A stretch of DNA of 64,000 nt from Candidatus Kapaibacterium sp. Its GTDB lineage: Bacteria > Bacteroidota > Ignavibacteria > Kapaibacteriales > UBA2268. A model generated the notes under the pieces. That model ran no database searches and was not told where the DNA came from. It worked only from the letters and a program-made list of their open reading frames with translations. Positions 10,176 to 21,124 of this stretch are shown here, piece by piece. The stretch covers positions 3,616,001-3,680,000 of the forward strand of contig OY761611.1 of the NCBI GenBank assembly GCA_963664875.1, written 5' to 3'. The position numbers were made by a program, and so were the translations under genes. Position 1 is the first letter of the stretch. Each line of letters starts with the position of its first letter.

Positions 10176-11839
10176 CAAAATATTTGAAATTCGAAACTCC
10201 TGCTCAAAAGCATGCTCAGGAGCTATCCAGCGTTTTTAAACTGAAAAATCATGGCTTGACTCAACTCGATCAGGTTTATTGGAATTTACCGACACCGGCA
10301 CTTTATGAAGAGTCAGTTTTTCGCGGTGAAGCTAAAATGGTTAATGGCGGTCCGCTATTGGTAAAAACAGGTAAGTGGACAGCAAGAGCTGCTAATGATA
10401 AATATATAGTACAAGAAGCAAGCAGTGAAGATAAAATTTGGTGGGGTGTTTATAACCGCCCTATGCCTTTAGACAAATTTCACGGTTTGCTTGCCAGAAT
10501 GCAGGCTTATCTACAAGGCGAAGAGCTGTTTGTGCAGGACTGCTATGTAGGTGCAGATAAAAACTACAGGCTGCCTATCAGAATTATTACTGATACTGCT
10601 TGGCAATCACTTTTTGCAAGAAATATGTTTATTCCTATCGACAATAAAGACGAATTGAAAAAACATATACCTGAATTTACTCTCATAGCTTCGCCTTCTT
10701 TTAAAGCTGAGCCTATGATAGACGGTACAAGAAGTGAAACCTGTATGGCTATCAATTTTGCAGAAAGGCTTGCTATTGTAGCAGGTTCCTCTTATGGTGG
10801 CGAAATCAAAAAAACTATGTTTACAGTTATGAATTACCTCAAACCAAACGAAGGCGTAATGTCTATGCACTGCTCAGCTAACGTTGGCGAACGAGGTGAT
10901 GCTGCTTTATTTTTCGGACTCAGCGGCACAGGTAAAACTACTTTGTCAGCAGATCCTACCAGAAATCTAATCGGCGACGACGAACATGGCTGGAGCAACG
11001 ACGGTATATTTAATTTCGAGGGTGGCTGCTATGCGAAAGTTATCAGACTATCTGCAGAAGCAGAACCTGAAATCCATGAATGTACCAAAAGATTTGGAAC
11101 AATACTCGAAAATGTGGTATTTGATCCTGCTTCGAGGATGATAGATTTGGATGATGACTCTTTGACTGAAAATACAAGAGCTTCGTATCCTTTAGATTTT
11201 ATTCCAAATGCTATGCCGGAGAAAAAAGTAGATTCGCATCCTGAAAATATTATATTTCTGACTTGCGACGCTACAGGTGTGCTTCCTCCGATAGCTTTGC
11301 TTGATGAAAATCAGGCAATGTACCACTTTATTAGTGGTTACACTTCGAAAATAGCAGGAACTGAAATTGGTTTGGGTATCGAACCTGAAATCGCTTTCAG
11401 CCCTTGCTTCGGAGCTCCGTTTATGGTACACCATCCATATTACTACGCTAATTTGCTTATTCAAAAAATGCGCAAACACGGTTCGAAATGTTGGCTTGTC
11501 AATACCGGCTGGGTTGGAGGAAAATTTGGAATCGGCAAGCGTATTTCTATCAGACACACAAGAAATATGCTCAATGCGGTACTCGAAGGCAAACTTAGCA
11601 ATGTAGAATTCAGGACAGATAAACTGTTTGGATTCAAAGTACCAAAAAGCTGCCCGAATGTTCCGGAAGAAGTATTCGAACCATCGAATGCCTGGGGCAA
11701 TAAGGACGAATACTGGAATAAATACGATGCACTTGCTGCCAGATACATTGAAAATTTCAAATTGTATTCCGACGGTATTCCGTTAGAGGTAGTGCAGGCA
11801 GGTCCTAAGCGTTTAAAGTTTGCAGGTGTTAATCAATAG
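10172..11839 (+). CDS. pckA: Phosphoenolpyruvate carboxykinase (ATP)
   Basis: YGGEIKK, MHCSAN, FFGLSGTGKTTLS, LIGDDEHGW, FEGGCYAK and ENTRASYP. Confidence 0.97.
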   Translation: MTKYLKFETPAQKHAQELSSVFKLKNHGLTQLDQVYWNLPTPALYEESVFRGEAKMVNGGPLLVKTGKWTARAANDKYIVQEASSEDKIWWGVYNRPMPLDKFHGLLARMQAYLQGEELFVQDCYVGADKNYRLPIRIITDTAWQSLFARNMFIPIDNKDELKKHIPEFTLIASPSFKAEPMIDGTRSETCMAINFAERLAIVAGSSYGGEIKKTMFTVMNYLKPNEGVMSMHCSANVGERGDAALFFGLSGTGKTTLSADPTRNLIGDDEHGWSNDGIFNFEGGCYAKVIRLSAEAEPEIHECTKRFGTILENVVFDPASRMIDLDDDSLTENTRASYPLDFIPNAMPEKKVDSHPENIIFLTCDATGVLPPIALLDENQAMYHFISGYTSKIAGTEIGLGIEPEIAFSPCFGAPFMVHHPYYYANLLIQKMRKHGSKCWLVNTGWVGGKFGIGKRISIRHTRNMLNAVLEGKLSNVEFRTDKLFGFKVPKSCPNVPEEVFEPSNAWGNKDEYWNKYDALAARYIENFKLYSDGIPLEVVQAGPKRLKFAGVNQ

Positions 11840-11864
11840 CAGACAATTATTGGCGTTATGATTG

Positions 11865-11903
11865 AAAAAAAAGCGGGAGTGTGTTTTTATGCACTTCCGC
11901 TTT
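11865..11903. terminator. Intrinsic terminator between convergent genes
   Basis: AAAAAAAAGCGGGAGTG ... CACTTCCGCTTT hairpin. Confidence 0.7.
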
Positions 11904-11944
11904 AGTTTATTATTTATTTTTTTCAAAAGCATTACACAAGGCTT

Positions 11945-12619
11945 TTAGCTAAAGGATGAAAATCCACCGCCACCGCTTAGTCTTCTGCGTCTTGATTTGA
12001 TAATTGCTCTGATGATAAGAATAATTACACCAAGCACCATCAAAGTAAAAAGTAATTTAGCAAAAGAAAATGTAGGAGGATATACGCCTATAGTGCCGTC
12101 CGGATTATTTACATAATATGGTCTTGAATAGTAGAATGCAGGATGAAACGGCATAGCCCACATCCAGCTTGTACTTCCCATCATGTAACCGGTCATTAGA
12201 CCGCTACCGTATCCTCCGTAATTATTCATCACGTATCTCTGATTTTGACCGGCAGCATTTCTACCTTCGTAAGTGCTTGTTTTTCTCGGAGCACCATACT
12301 TAGATGTATAAGCTTGTTTGGAGGCGAGTCTGCTACCGCCAAAACTTGACTGCTTAGTTTTAGGTATAGCACTTTTTGTAGTCGTGGCAGTTCTCGAATT
12401 TTTATTTAATCTTGAACTTGAGCGTTTAGTGCCAAAGCTACTGTTAGATTTGCTTTTACTTTTAAACATGCTCGAACCTGAACTTCTGCTTCTGCCAAAG
12501 CTGCTTCTGCTTCCGCCACCACGTCTTGCTTCTGCATATTCAGGAGCAAGAAAGACTGCAAGTGCAAAAAATATGGTCAGAATCCCAAGTATTCTACGTA
12601 ATCTGTTATTACTTTCCAT
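11945..12619 (-). CDS. Hypothetical membrane protein with signal peptide, Ser/Arg/Gly-rich region and C-terminal TM
   Basis: ORF track: AEARRGGGSRSSFG low-complexity segment, Tyr/Gly-rich middle, TM followed by RRRR. Confidence 0.7.
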   Translation of the reverse strand: MESNNRLRRILGILTIFFALAVFLAPEYAEARRGGGSRSSFGRSRSSGSSMFKSKSKSNSSFGTKRSSSRLNKNSRTATTTKSAIPKTKQSSFGGSRLASKQAYTSKYGAPRKTSTYEGRNAAGQNQRYVMNNYGGYGSGLMTGYMMGSTSWMWAMPFHPAFYYSRPYYVNNPDGTIGVYPPTFSFAKLLFTLMVLGVIILIIRAIIKSRRRRLSGGGGFSSFS

Positions 12620-13102
12620 CTAAAAAATCTCCTCTGTTTCTATACTGTCATCTTCATTTCTAAAAGTTATTTCTGCTTTGAAAGTTTCATGCTCAGGTAA
12701 GGAATTTTTGCTTTTCAGCACCTTTTCCATAAAGGTTTTAGTCTTTGTTGGTTTGATGTGCACATATAAACTTACGATGCCGTCTAAAGGTTCGTCATTG
12801 AAATACACTACACATGAGTCGATATCTCCTTGACTTTCGAGTGTGAGTAGCTGCAACTGAAAATTATCTATATCTTCTTCGCTAAAAGAAGGCTCGGTAA
12901 AAACAACATTAGTAAGTCTTTCTTCAAAAATGTGCTTCGTATGGATTTCTTTGTCGCTACCTTCGTATTGGATAACAGAATCGAAAGTCCCTTCTTCATC
13001 AAGGTTCAAAAATACTTCTTTTATACCCTTGATTTGCTGTCCGTTATAGTAAATCGCCGTCTGTTCGATTCTCCCGTTAGATTCTATTGCAAAAGTAGGC
13101 AT
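12620..13102 (-). CDS. Hypothetical acidic protein with internal duplication
   Basis: Two similar units, IESNGRIEQTAIYYNGQQIKGIKEVFLNL and LESQGDIDSCVVYFNDEPLDGIVSLYVHI. Abuts the downstream gene. Confidence 0.7.
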   Translation of the reverse strand: MPTFAIESNGRIEQTAIYYNGQQIKGIKEVFLNLDEEGTFDSVIQYEGSDKEIHTKHIFEERLTNVVFTEPSFSEEDIDNFQLQLLTLESQGDIDSCVVYFNDEPLDGIVSLYVHIKPTKTKTFMEKVLKSKNSLPEHETFKAEITFRNEDDSIETEEIF

Positions 13103-13407
13103 TTTGAGTCTCTCCAAATTTCAAAATAGAAATATAATACTTCATAATATACGAAATAAAATATAGTTTGTTCGATAATAGCTAAAGTGCAAAAGTAGAA
13201 GCGAATTTGCAAATTATTTAAAACTTTATAGAAACAAAAGTGCAACATAATGATAACAAAAGCTATTTATTTGCAAAGATTTTCTTAATAATAGATATAT
13301 ATTTCAAAGTATTTTCTTATTTTAGTACTTAGAGGAAGTGTAGCTTGCTACCATTTCTTTATCTATGCAGCATAAAGTTAAATCATTCACTGAAAATTGG
13401 GGTCGTG

Positions 13408-15483
13408 ATGAAAAAAAGCACGTTGCTTGTGCTTTATGCATTGTTTTTGTCTTTCGGGAATTTATTTGCTCGAGTGCCTTCGGATTCGGTTGCAGTAAAA
13501 GAAACAATCGACACCTTGGAGCTTAAAAAGATTGAGGAAATGAAGCCCCGTTACGGCATTTATGGGCATTACGCTTTAAATATTCACTCAGCTGATTTCA
13601 GAGGTCTGCCGGGTGTGCCGTCTTGTTGTCCTATTTATGATGGTGGGACATCAACCGGTTTGAACCTTGGTGCTCTCTATGAAATACCGCTGAATGACAA
13701 ATTTATTGCCGGCATCCGTCTTGGCTATGCAGATTATAGCATACTTATGGAGACTAATGAACCTATGCAGTTTATCATTGACGGTAAACCTGCTATGGGG
13801 AGTTATGATCACTATTTGGATTCAAAAATCGGAACATTCGGAGTCGAACCTTACGTCTCTTATGAATTGACTGATAATTTCTATGCATCTGCAGGATTAA
13901 GAGCTGCTCTCATGACTCGTAAGCATTATGCTACAAAGCAAACTCTCAATCCTCCAAACGGTACCGGAACAAATCTCGACGGTAGCGTTGTAAACAATGT
14001 CTCCTCGGGTGATATACCGGATGCAACATCGCTTTTGCTGGGTATCCAAGCCGGTATAAGCTACGAATTACCTATGAATAAAGATGCTTGGCTCATGCTC
14101 TGCCCTGAGCTAATGTTCAAATATAACGTTAATCCTTTGGTTAGTGGATTGGATTGGAATGTGTTTTCTGTTCATGGCGGTGTGGCTGTCAAGTTCAAAA
14201 CGCCACCACCACCTCCGCCACCACCACCACCACCTGCGGCGCCACCTCTGCCTAAGCACCTGATGCCTGTGAAGCCTCCTGTGTTGCTCGCAAATATTTC
14301 AGCGGTAGAGATTGACACAAACGGAAGAGAAAGGAAAAACTTTAATATTAAAATAGAAGATTTCATATCCCTTAATATGAGACCTTTGCTAAACTATGTA
14401 TTTTTTGCTGAAAATTCTGCCGATATTCCTGACAGATATAATAAATTGCAGGCAAAAGACACAAGTAACTTTAATCTGAAAAATCTGCAAAACCTCGACG
14501 CTATGGAGACTTACTATCATGTGATGAATATAGTAGGTAAACGTATGCAACAGGATGCCAATGCTAAGATTACTTTAGTGGGTTGCAATGCAGATAAAGA
14601 TACTGAGAAAAACAATAAGGAACTCTCAAAGCAAAGAGCTGAATCTGTCAAAAACTATCTGACAAGCGTTTGGGGTATTGAGGATAGCAGAATCAAAGTT
14701 ACTGCACGCAATTTGCCTAATCAGGAAACTGTTTCGGACGAAGAAGGTGGAGACGATGAAAATCGCAGAGTCGAAATCCTATCTGACAACATCAGAATTA
14801 CCGAACCTGTGATTACAGTGGATACAATGAGGGTTATTTCCAAATCAACAATACGATTCCTGCCTGATATCAAAGCAGAAGCCGGATTAAAATCATGGCG
14901 TCTGGAAGCAGTAAAGGAAGGCACTTCACTTGTAACTTACGGAGGCAAGAACGAAATACCTAAAAAGATAGATTGGGAACTTTCCAACGAAGATTCTAAC
15001 GTACCTCGCAATGCCGGCTCGGTAGAAGTGATGTTTGTTGCAGAGGATTCACTCGGTCAGAGAGCTGTCTCCAAAAACTACAGAGTGCCGGTAGCTCAGC
15101 TTACAATCGACAGAAAACGATTAGAAAGAATATCTGACAAAGAATTTGAATACTACAGCCTTATTCTTTTTGATTATGGAAAGACTGATTTAGCTTCTGC
15201 TCACAGAAAAGTAGTTGATTTTGTAAAAGACAGGCTGACTACTGATGCCACTGTCTATATCAAAGGCTACACTGACAGAATGGGCGAAGAAGACATCAAT
15301 AAACGCATATCAACAAGAAGAGCCGAAGCAGTAGCCCGTAGATTAAAAATACCACAGGCGCAAGTGATTGGTCTTGGCGAATCTGATTTACTATATGACA
15401 ACAAGCTGCCTGAAGGCAGATTCTATTGCAGAACGGTAACAATCACGATAGAAACCCCTGTCAAAGATACCAACGAAGAATAG
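13408..15483 (+). CDS. OmpA-family outer membrane protein (beta-barrel, poly-Pro linker, two OmpA-like C-terminal domains)
   Basis: Signal peptide; amphipathic strands; P-rich linker; NKELSKQRAESVKNYL...ENRRVEI and GYTDRMG...NKRISTRRAEAV...CRTVTI. Confidence 0.88.
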   Translation: MKKSTLLVLYALFLSFGNLFARVPSDSVAVKETIDTLELKKIEEMKPRYGIYGHYALNIHSADFRGLPGVPSCCPIYDGGTSTGLNLGALYEIPLNDKFIAGIRLGYADYSILMETNEPMQFIIDGKPAMGSYDHYLDSKIGTFGVEPYVSYELTDNFYASAGLRAALMTRKHYATKQTLNPPNGTGTNLDGSVVNNVSSGDIPDATSLLLGIQAGISYELPMNKDAWLMLCPELMFKYNVNPLVSGLDWNVFSVHGGVAVKFKTPPPPPPPPPPPAAPPLPKHLMPVKPPVLLANISAVEIDTNGRERKNFNIKIEDFISLNMRPLLNYVFFAENSADIPDRYNKLQAKDTSNFNLKNLQNLDAMETYYHVMNIVGKRMQQDANAKITLVGCNADKDTEKNNKELSKQRAESVKNYLTSVWGIEDSRIKVTARNLPNQETVSDEEGGDDENRRVEILSDNIRITEPVITVDTMRVISKSTIRFLPDIKAEAGLKSWRLEAVKEGTSLVTYGGKNEIPKKIDWELSNEDSNVPRNAGSVEVMFVAEDSLGQRAVSKNYRVPVAQLTIDRKRLERISDKEFEYYSLILFDYGKTDLASAHRKVVDFVKDRLTTDATVYIKGYTDRMGEEDINKRISTRRAEAVARRLKIPQAQVIGLGESDLLYDNKLPEGRFYCRTVTITIETPVKDTNEE

Positions 15484-15509
15484 AATTGAATAAAATTGAA
15501 ATATAATTC

Positions 15510-15545
15510 AAGCTGGCTAAACGCAAATTTAGTCAGCTTTTTTTT
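15510..15545 (+). terminator. Intrinsic terminator
   Basis: AAGCTGGCTAAA ... TTTAGTCAGCTT followed by a T run. Confidence 0.8.
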
Positions 15546-15603
15546 GGTGTGTCACGTATAGTCACGTCAAGGCTTTTTCCTGTTGTCCCCATAAACCGAA
15601 ATT

Positions 15604-15950
15604 TGTCATTAGAAAAAAGCAAACTTAATCTAAATTCTTATTTGATTATAAGTTATAACATTAAAAAGGTTGTCAAATGAGTAAGATTTGCTTACCATTT
15701 TTAGGGAAGTTTATACTCAGAAGGCATCAACTGCCCTTCGGGCATCCCTTTACTTCCCTTCGACTTTGCTCAGGGTAAACTTAAGCTCAGCACGACGCTT
15801 CCCAAGAAGGTGAATCAAAATTCCCTCTTTTCAAACAAGGGCTCTGCACTGAGCGTAGTCGAAGTGTGGCACGTCGAAGACGTGGCGAGGTGTTCAAATG
15901 TAGCAGAAACTTATGTATAGAATCTACTATGGTTTTATTTTCTAATGACA
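15604..15950. mobile_element. MITE-like repeat family A, copy 2
   Basis: Perfect 13-bp TIR TGTCATTAGAAAA ... TTTTCTAATGACA with internal REP-like hairpins. Homologous to 245-771 and 53696-53840. Confidence 0.75.
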
Positions 15951-15999
15951 TTTTTTGGATAACTCAGAGTTTATTCTTCTAATTACAATTCGAAATATT

Positions 16000-16086
16000 A
16001 AAAAAAAGTCGCTCCACCTCTCAGCAGAACGACTTTATTTACTTCAAATACTAAAATCAAATTATGAGCAGCCGCTTGTGCTACCG
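16000..16086 (-). repeat. Duplicate of the nrdJ 3' end plus its terminator (direct repeat of 16576-16662)
   Basis: AAAGTCGCTCCAC..AG.AGAACGACTTT hairpin followed by ATACTAAAATCAAATTATGAGCA.CC.CTTGTGCTACCG in both places. Confidence 0.88.
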
Positions 16087-16096
16087 TAAAAAATTT

Positions 16097-16486
16097 CTAA
16101 TTCTTTGGATCTTCTCCATATTCATTTGGACCAAAATTTCCAGGTGTTAAGTAAAGTATAAAAAGCCAAATCGAACCAATAAAAGGAATCACTGATACAA
16201 ATAAATACAAACCACTTTTGCCTACGTCATGTAACCTTCTAACTGAAAGTGAAAGTCCAGCAATCATGCAAGGGAGGATACATATAAACATAATTATGGT
16301 AAACAAGGTTTCTGAACCGAATTCACCTACAGATTCACTTGCGAAAGCCATTCTAAAAAGGCTAATTATTAATACCACTGCAAACAAAATAACATTCATA
16401 AGGATGCTGGAAAGCCAGAAGTCCTTTCTTCTTGTTCTACCTGAAAAGTCAAACATTTTCAAAAATGGGCTAATTAAATAATTCAT
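16097..16486 (-). CDS. DUF805 (YhaH/YhaI-like) inner membrane protein
   Basis: FDFSGRTRRKDFW, SLSVRRLHDVGKSG and PGNFGPNEYGEDP. Confidence 0.93.
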   Translation of the reverse strand: MNYLISPFLKMFDFSGRTRRKDFWLSSILMNVILFAVVLIISLFRMAFASESVGEFGSETLFTIIMFICILPCMIAGLSLSVRRLHDVGKSGLYLFVSVIPFIGSIWLFILYLTPGNFGPNEYGEDPKN

Positions 16487-16637
16487 ATTAGGTCAAAAAT
16501 ATATTGATAAACTTTATCATATAATTTACATAAAATATTCTAAAATACAATCACAAAAAAACATAAGAATACTATAAAAAAAAGTCGCTCCACTTTTCAG
16601 TAGAACGACTTTGTTCTTCTTCAATACTAAAATCAAA

Positions 16638-19600
16638 TTATGAGCATCCACTTGTGCTACCGCAATCTTCACAAACTGTGCAGCTTCCGTTGCGTTTTAC
16701 TCTTGCCGAACCACATTGAGCACATTGTTCGCCTGTGTAGCCAAAAGCAATAGCATCATCTTTGCTTACAGTCAGTTTTGCAGCAGCAGTGCCGTTAGTA
16801 CCGTTACTAACTGTTTCGGTACCAACTGCAACTAACTCACTAACTAATTCCGGATCGATATCTTCCTCATTAGCCGGGAGAGTATCGTCAAAATCTATTG
16901 CCCTGGGGGTAGATTTTACCGGTTTTTCTTCGTTGTCGTCATGTTTGTCTTCATCCACAGCATTAACGTGAATGAAATCTTTCCTTCCGAGATAGTCATA
17001 ACCAAGTGAGCGGAAAACGTAGTCCAAAACAGAAGTCGCATTTTTAATTGCTTCGTGACCATCAACCAATCCCGCAGGTTCGAAACGTGTAAATGTAAAC
17101 GAATCCACTAATTCTTCCAATGGCACTCCGTACTGCAATGCTTTCGAAGCCAAAATGGCAAAACTATTAAGCAAGCCGCGGAATGATGCACCTTCTTTGT
17201 ACATATCTATGAAGAGTTCACCTAAAGAACCATCTTCGTATTCGCCGGTTCTCAAAAAGACCTTATGCCCACCAACGTAAGCCTCTCTGATGTGACCTGA
17301 GCGTTTTTTAGGAAGCTTGTGACGTACAAGTTTGTAGTGAATTCTGTCTGCAATTATTTCCTGAACCTCTTTAGGACCTTTTGTTTCGTCTAATGTGTTT
17401 TCATCACCTAATGTTATTAGTTCGTCCAAATCCGAATAGTTCGTTGTGTTCAAAGGCTGTGAAAGTTTTGAACCGTCTCTGTAGAGAGCGATTGCTTTCA
17501 CCATAGACTTCCAGGAAGTCATGTAAACTTCGCCAATCTCGGAAACTGATGCTTCCGCAGGCATATTTACAGTTTTTGAGATAGCACCTGAAATGAAAGG
17601 CTGTGCAGCTGCCATAATTCTGACATGAGCCATGTGGTGAATGTAGCGTTTGCCTTTTTTGCCGCATTTGTTAGCAGTGTCAAATATCGGCAAATGTTCT
17701 TCTTTCAAGTGAGGCGCACCTTCTATAGTCATAGTGCCACAGATGTAATCATTTGCTGCATCTATCTGCTCATCTGTAAATCCAAGTCGTTTGAGCAGAT
17801 TAAATTTTGAATCATTGTAGTCGCTTTCGTTGAAGCCAAGAGATTTCAGGAAATCTTCGCCGAGCGACCATTTATTGAAAGCAAAAGTTATATCAAATAC
17901 AGATGCAAGCTGTGGCTCGATTGCTTCGATTTGCTCTCTGTTAAATCCTTTTGCTTCTAAAGATTTTTTGTTGATATGCGGACAACCCACTAATGTAGCA
18001 TGCCCTTTAGAATATTTTTCTATGTCTTCTATCTGCTTATTGCCATAACCCAATTTTGTTAATGCTTTGCGAACTGATTGATTGACAATTTTGAAATATC
18101 CGCCGCCTGATAGTTTTTTGTATTTTATGATAGCAAAATCAGGTTCGATACCTGTAGTATCGCAATCCATAACAAGACCAATCGTGCCGGTAGGAGCTAT
18201 CACTGATACCTGAGCATTGCGGTAACCATATTGTTCGCCAAGTTCCAAAGCTCTGTCCCAGACTAATCTTGCAGCTTCTACTAATTTTTCATCTACATAT
18301 TTTGTATTGATGCCCATTGGTCTGACAGTCAAATCCTCATACTTAGCAGGAGCTTCGTTATATGCTGCTCTGCGATGGTTGCGAATGACTCTGAGCATGT
18401 GCTCTTTGTTGAGTTCGTATTTATCGAAAGTGCCAAGCTCTTTTGCCATCTCTGCGGACGTAGCATAAGCCTGCCCTGTAAGCATTGCAGTCAAAGCACC
18501 CGTCATAGCCAGAGCTTCCGGAGAGTCGTAAGGAATACCGTTTACCATTAGTAATGTACCAATATTGGCATAACCTAAGCCGAGTGTACGGAAATCAAAG
18601 CTTTTTTGCGCAACTTCTTTGGATGGGAACTGAGCCATCAATACGGATATTTCGAGCACAACAGTCCAAATGCGAATTGCATGTAAGTATTCATCTACTA
18701 AGAAATGACCTGTTGCTTCATCGTAAAATTTCATTAGATTTAAACTTGCAAGGTTGCAGGCGGTGTCATCTAAAAACATGTATTCGCTACATGGGTTCGA
18801 AGCATTTATTCTGCCTGATTCCGGGCAGGTATGCCATTCGTTAATAGTAGTGTCGTATTGTACGCCAGGATCTGCTGACTTCCAAGCACTCATGTTTATC
18901 TTGTTCCACAAATCTCTCGCACGTACCGATTTTACAGTATCGCCATTGGTACGGAATTTCAAATCCCACATTTCGTCATTTTCGACACACTGCATAAACT
19001 CATTTGTGATACGAACTGAGTTATTTGAATTTTGGCCGCTGACAGTCAGATATGCTTCGCCTTCGTAATAAGTGTCAAACTCTTCGAAGTTAAGATTAGT
19101 GAAGCCCTGACTTACTAAATCTAATGTTCTGTCTATTATATTTAGTGGAGTTCCTCGGTGGATAGCTCTTTGGATAAGAGTATTTAGTCTTTTGTTTTGC
19201 TTACGGTCAGCATTATTGTTGATGGCTTCATCGACAATAGCCTGCAAAAATGCTTTGTTTACTCTTGAGCCTGCCACCAAAGCAGCAACTTTCTCTTCTT
19301 CGCGAGCTTTCCAAGTGATAAATTCTTCTATATCCGGATGGTCTATGTCAAGTATTACCATTTTAGCTGCACGGCGAGTAGTGCCACCTGATTTGATAGC
19401 TCCGGCAGCTCTGTCGAAAATCTTCAAAAAGCTCATAAGCCCGGAAGAAAGCCCGCCTCCTGAAAGCGGTTCACCGAAAGCACGAATATTAGAAAAATTA
19501 GTACCTGTGCCGCTACCATATTTAAAGATACGTGCTTCTCTAGTTGCCAAATCAAAGATACCGCCTTCGTTAAGTAAGTCATCATTGACTGACTGAATAA

Positions 19601-20150
19601 AGCAGGCATGAGGCTGAGGGCGAGAGTAAGCGTCTTTTGATTTATTGATTTTCTTAGTTTCCGGATCTACAAAGTAGTGTCCTTGCTTGCTGCCTGTGAT
19701 TCCGTATTCATTGTATAAACCTGTGTTGAACCACTGAGGCGAGTTTGGAGCCGCCATTTGGTTTACAAGCATATAAACAAGCTCGTCATAAAAAACTTTA
19801 GCGTCCTGCTCAGAATCGAAATATTTGAAATCAACACCCCATGATTTCCAAGTATTTGCTAATCTGTGCATCACCTGTTTTATAGATTTTTCGCTGCCAA
19901 GTATCTGCTTACCGTCTTCATCTATAACTGGTTTGCCGGATTCGTCATACAGAGGCACTCCTGCTTTTCTGAAATATTTCTGGGCAAGTATGTCAGTTGC
20001 CATCTGCGACCAAGTCGTAGGCACTTCCACATCATTTGCTTCGAATACTACAGAGCCGTCAGGATTCCTAAGCACAGAAGTTCGTTTTGTATATTTGAAT
20101 AAGTCAAAAGGACTTATGCCATCTTTCGTAAAGAGTCGGCTAAATTTCAT
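16638..20150 (-). CDS. nrdJ: Class II (adenosylcobalamin-dependent) ribonucleotide reductase
   Basis: [41 protein letters not shown]-terminal TSCPD domain and CxxC...CxxC ribbon. Confidence 0.96.
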   Translation of the reverse strand: MKFSRLFTKDGISPFDLFKYTKRTSVLRNPDGSVVFEANDVEVPTTWSQMATDILAQKYFRKAGVPLYDESGKPVIDEDGKQILGSEKSIKQVMHRLANTWKSWGVDFKYFDSEQDAKVFYDELVYMLVNQMAAPNSPQWFNTGLYNEYGITGSKQGHYFVDPETKKINKSKDAYSRPQPHACFIQSVNDDLLNEGGIFDLATREARIFKYGSGTGTNFSNIRAFGEPLSGGGLSSGLMSFLKIFDRAAGAIKSGGTTRRAAKMVILDIDHPDIEEFITWKAREEEKVAALVAGSRVNKAFLQAIVDEAINNNADRKQNKRLNTLIQRAIHRGTPLNIIDRTLDLVSQGFTNLNFEEFDTYYEGEAYLTVSGQNSNNSVRITNEFMQCVENDEMWDLKFRTNGDTVKSVRARDLWNKINMSAWKSADPGVQYDTTINEWHTCPESGRINASNPCSEYMFLDDTACNLASLNLMKFYDEATGHFLVDEYLHAIRIWTVVLEISVLMAQFPSKEVAQKSFDFRTLGLGYANIGTLLMVNGIPYDSPEALAMTGALTAMLTGQAYATSAEMAKELGTFDKYELNKEHMLRVIRNHRRAAYNEAPAKYEDLTVRPMGINTKYVDEKLVEAARLVWDRALELGEQYGYRNAQVSVIAPTGTIGLVMDCDTTGIEPDFAIIKYKKLSGGGYFKIVNQSVRKALTKLGYGNKQIEDIEKYSKGHATLVGCPHINKKSLEAKGFNREQIEAIEPQLASVFDITFAFNKWSLGEDFLKSLGFNESDYNDSKFNLLKRLGFTDEQIDAANDYICGTMTIEGAPHLKEEHLPIFDTANKCGKKGKRYIHHMAHVRIMAAAQPFISGAISKTVNMPAEASVSEIGEVYMTSWKSMVKAIALYRDGSKLSQPLNTTNYSDLDELITLGDENTLDETKGPKEVQEIIADRIHYKLVRHKLPKKRSGHIREAYVGGHKVFLRTGEYEDGSLGELFIDMYKEGASFRGLLNSFAILASKALQYGVPLEELVDSFTFTRFEPAGLVDGHEAIKNATSVLDYVFRSLGYDYLGRKDFIHVNAVDEDKHDDNEEKPVKSTPRAIDFDDTLPANEEDIDPELVSELVAVGTETVSNGTNGTAAAKLTVSKDDAIAFGYTGEQCAQCGSARVKRNGSCTVCEDCGSTSGCS

Positions 20151-20450
20151 GCTGCCACCGTTCAAAATGTCAATAATTATACTTTACATTAGACCAAATC
20201 AGCTTAAAAATTGGTATATTGTAAAACATAACCTTGAATATATAGTTATAATAAAACTTGAATTCTTTAGCAAAAAGTACCCTAAGAAAAATTGTTTATT
20301 GAAGTGGCTACTTCGCTTAAGATACAAATATAGACGTATATTTTTCATAAAAGACTATTGTTTTCCACAAATAGCTAACACCGCCGTAAATCATTTGTGG
20401 ATAAATATTTAGAGCGATAAAAAAATATTGATAATAAATAGGTATTCAGT

Positions 20451-21020
20451 ATGTTAGAGCAAATTTTACAATTAGATACTGAAATATTTCAGCTTGTAAA
20501 CAGCGGAATGGCTAATATAATAATGGATTTGGCTATGCCAATTGTAACAAGCCTGAAATATTGGACTCCTGTATATCTGATAGGATTTCTTTTTCTTTTG
20601 ATAAAATATAAATGGAAAGGACTGTTTTATTGTGTAATGATATTGCTAACAGTCGGAATTGCTAACGAGTTATCGAGCCATATACTGAAAGAATTTTTCG
20701 TTCGCCCGAGACCATGCCACACTCTAAGCGGAGATGAAATTAGATTGTTGGTAGGCTGTGGACCGGGCAAATCATTTCCTTCTTCGCATGCTACAAACAA
20801 CTTTGCTCTTGCAACCATACTAACATACTACTTTAGAAAATACCGCTACTGGTTTTATTCAATTGCTGCACTTGTAGCATTCTCCAGAGTTTATGTAGGA
20901 GTGCACTATCCCATAGATATAAGTGCCGGAGCAATACTTGGCACTTCTGTAGGCTTACTTTTTACATTAATAGCCACCAAAATTGATAAGAAGTGGAATC
21001 TGAAACCTGAGAGTAAATAG
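20451..21020 (+). CDS. PAP2-family phosphatase
   Basis: KEFFVRPRP, SFPSSH and SRVYVGVHYPID motifs. Confidence 0.93.
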   Translation: MLEQILQLDTEIFQLVNSGMANIIMDLAMPIVTSLKYWTPVYLIGFLFLLIKYKWKGLFYCVMILLTVGIANELSSHILKEFFVRPRPCHTLSGDEIRLLVGCGPGKSFPSSHATNNFALATILTYYFRKYRYWFYSIAALVAFSRVYVGVHYPIDISAGAILGTSVGLLFTLIATKIDKKWNLKPESK

Positions 21021-21060
21021 ATTTAGCTACACTAATATCTCTATATATAAAACTATATAA

Positions 21061-21124
21061 CCCCCTTGTGTCCATAAAATTGCAAAATCGCGGACACAAA
21101 GGGGTTTGTGTTTATGTGGGGTTG
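21061..21124 (+). repeat. Palindromic module-boundary repeat D1
   Basis: CCCC(C)TTGTGTCC ATAAAATTGCAAAATCGC GGACACAAAGGGG. Confidence 0.9.

Noticed and set aside
14202-14250. CCA/CCG tandem repeat as a contingency locus
   Set aside because: It is an in-frame triplet run encoding the poly-proline linker of the OmpA-family protein.
16638-20150. Intein or intron in nrdJ (also checked dnaG)
   Set aside because: No C/S...HN splice motifs or LAGLIDADG blocks seen; the length fits the long class II RNR type.
20166-20450. NrdR boxes upstream of nrdJ
   Set aside because: Only loose AT-rich partial matches; cannot be supported by eye.
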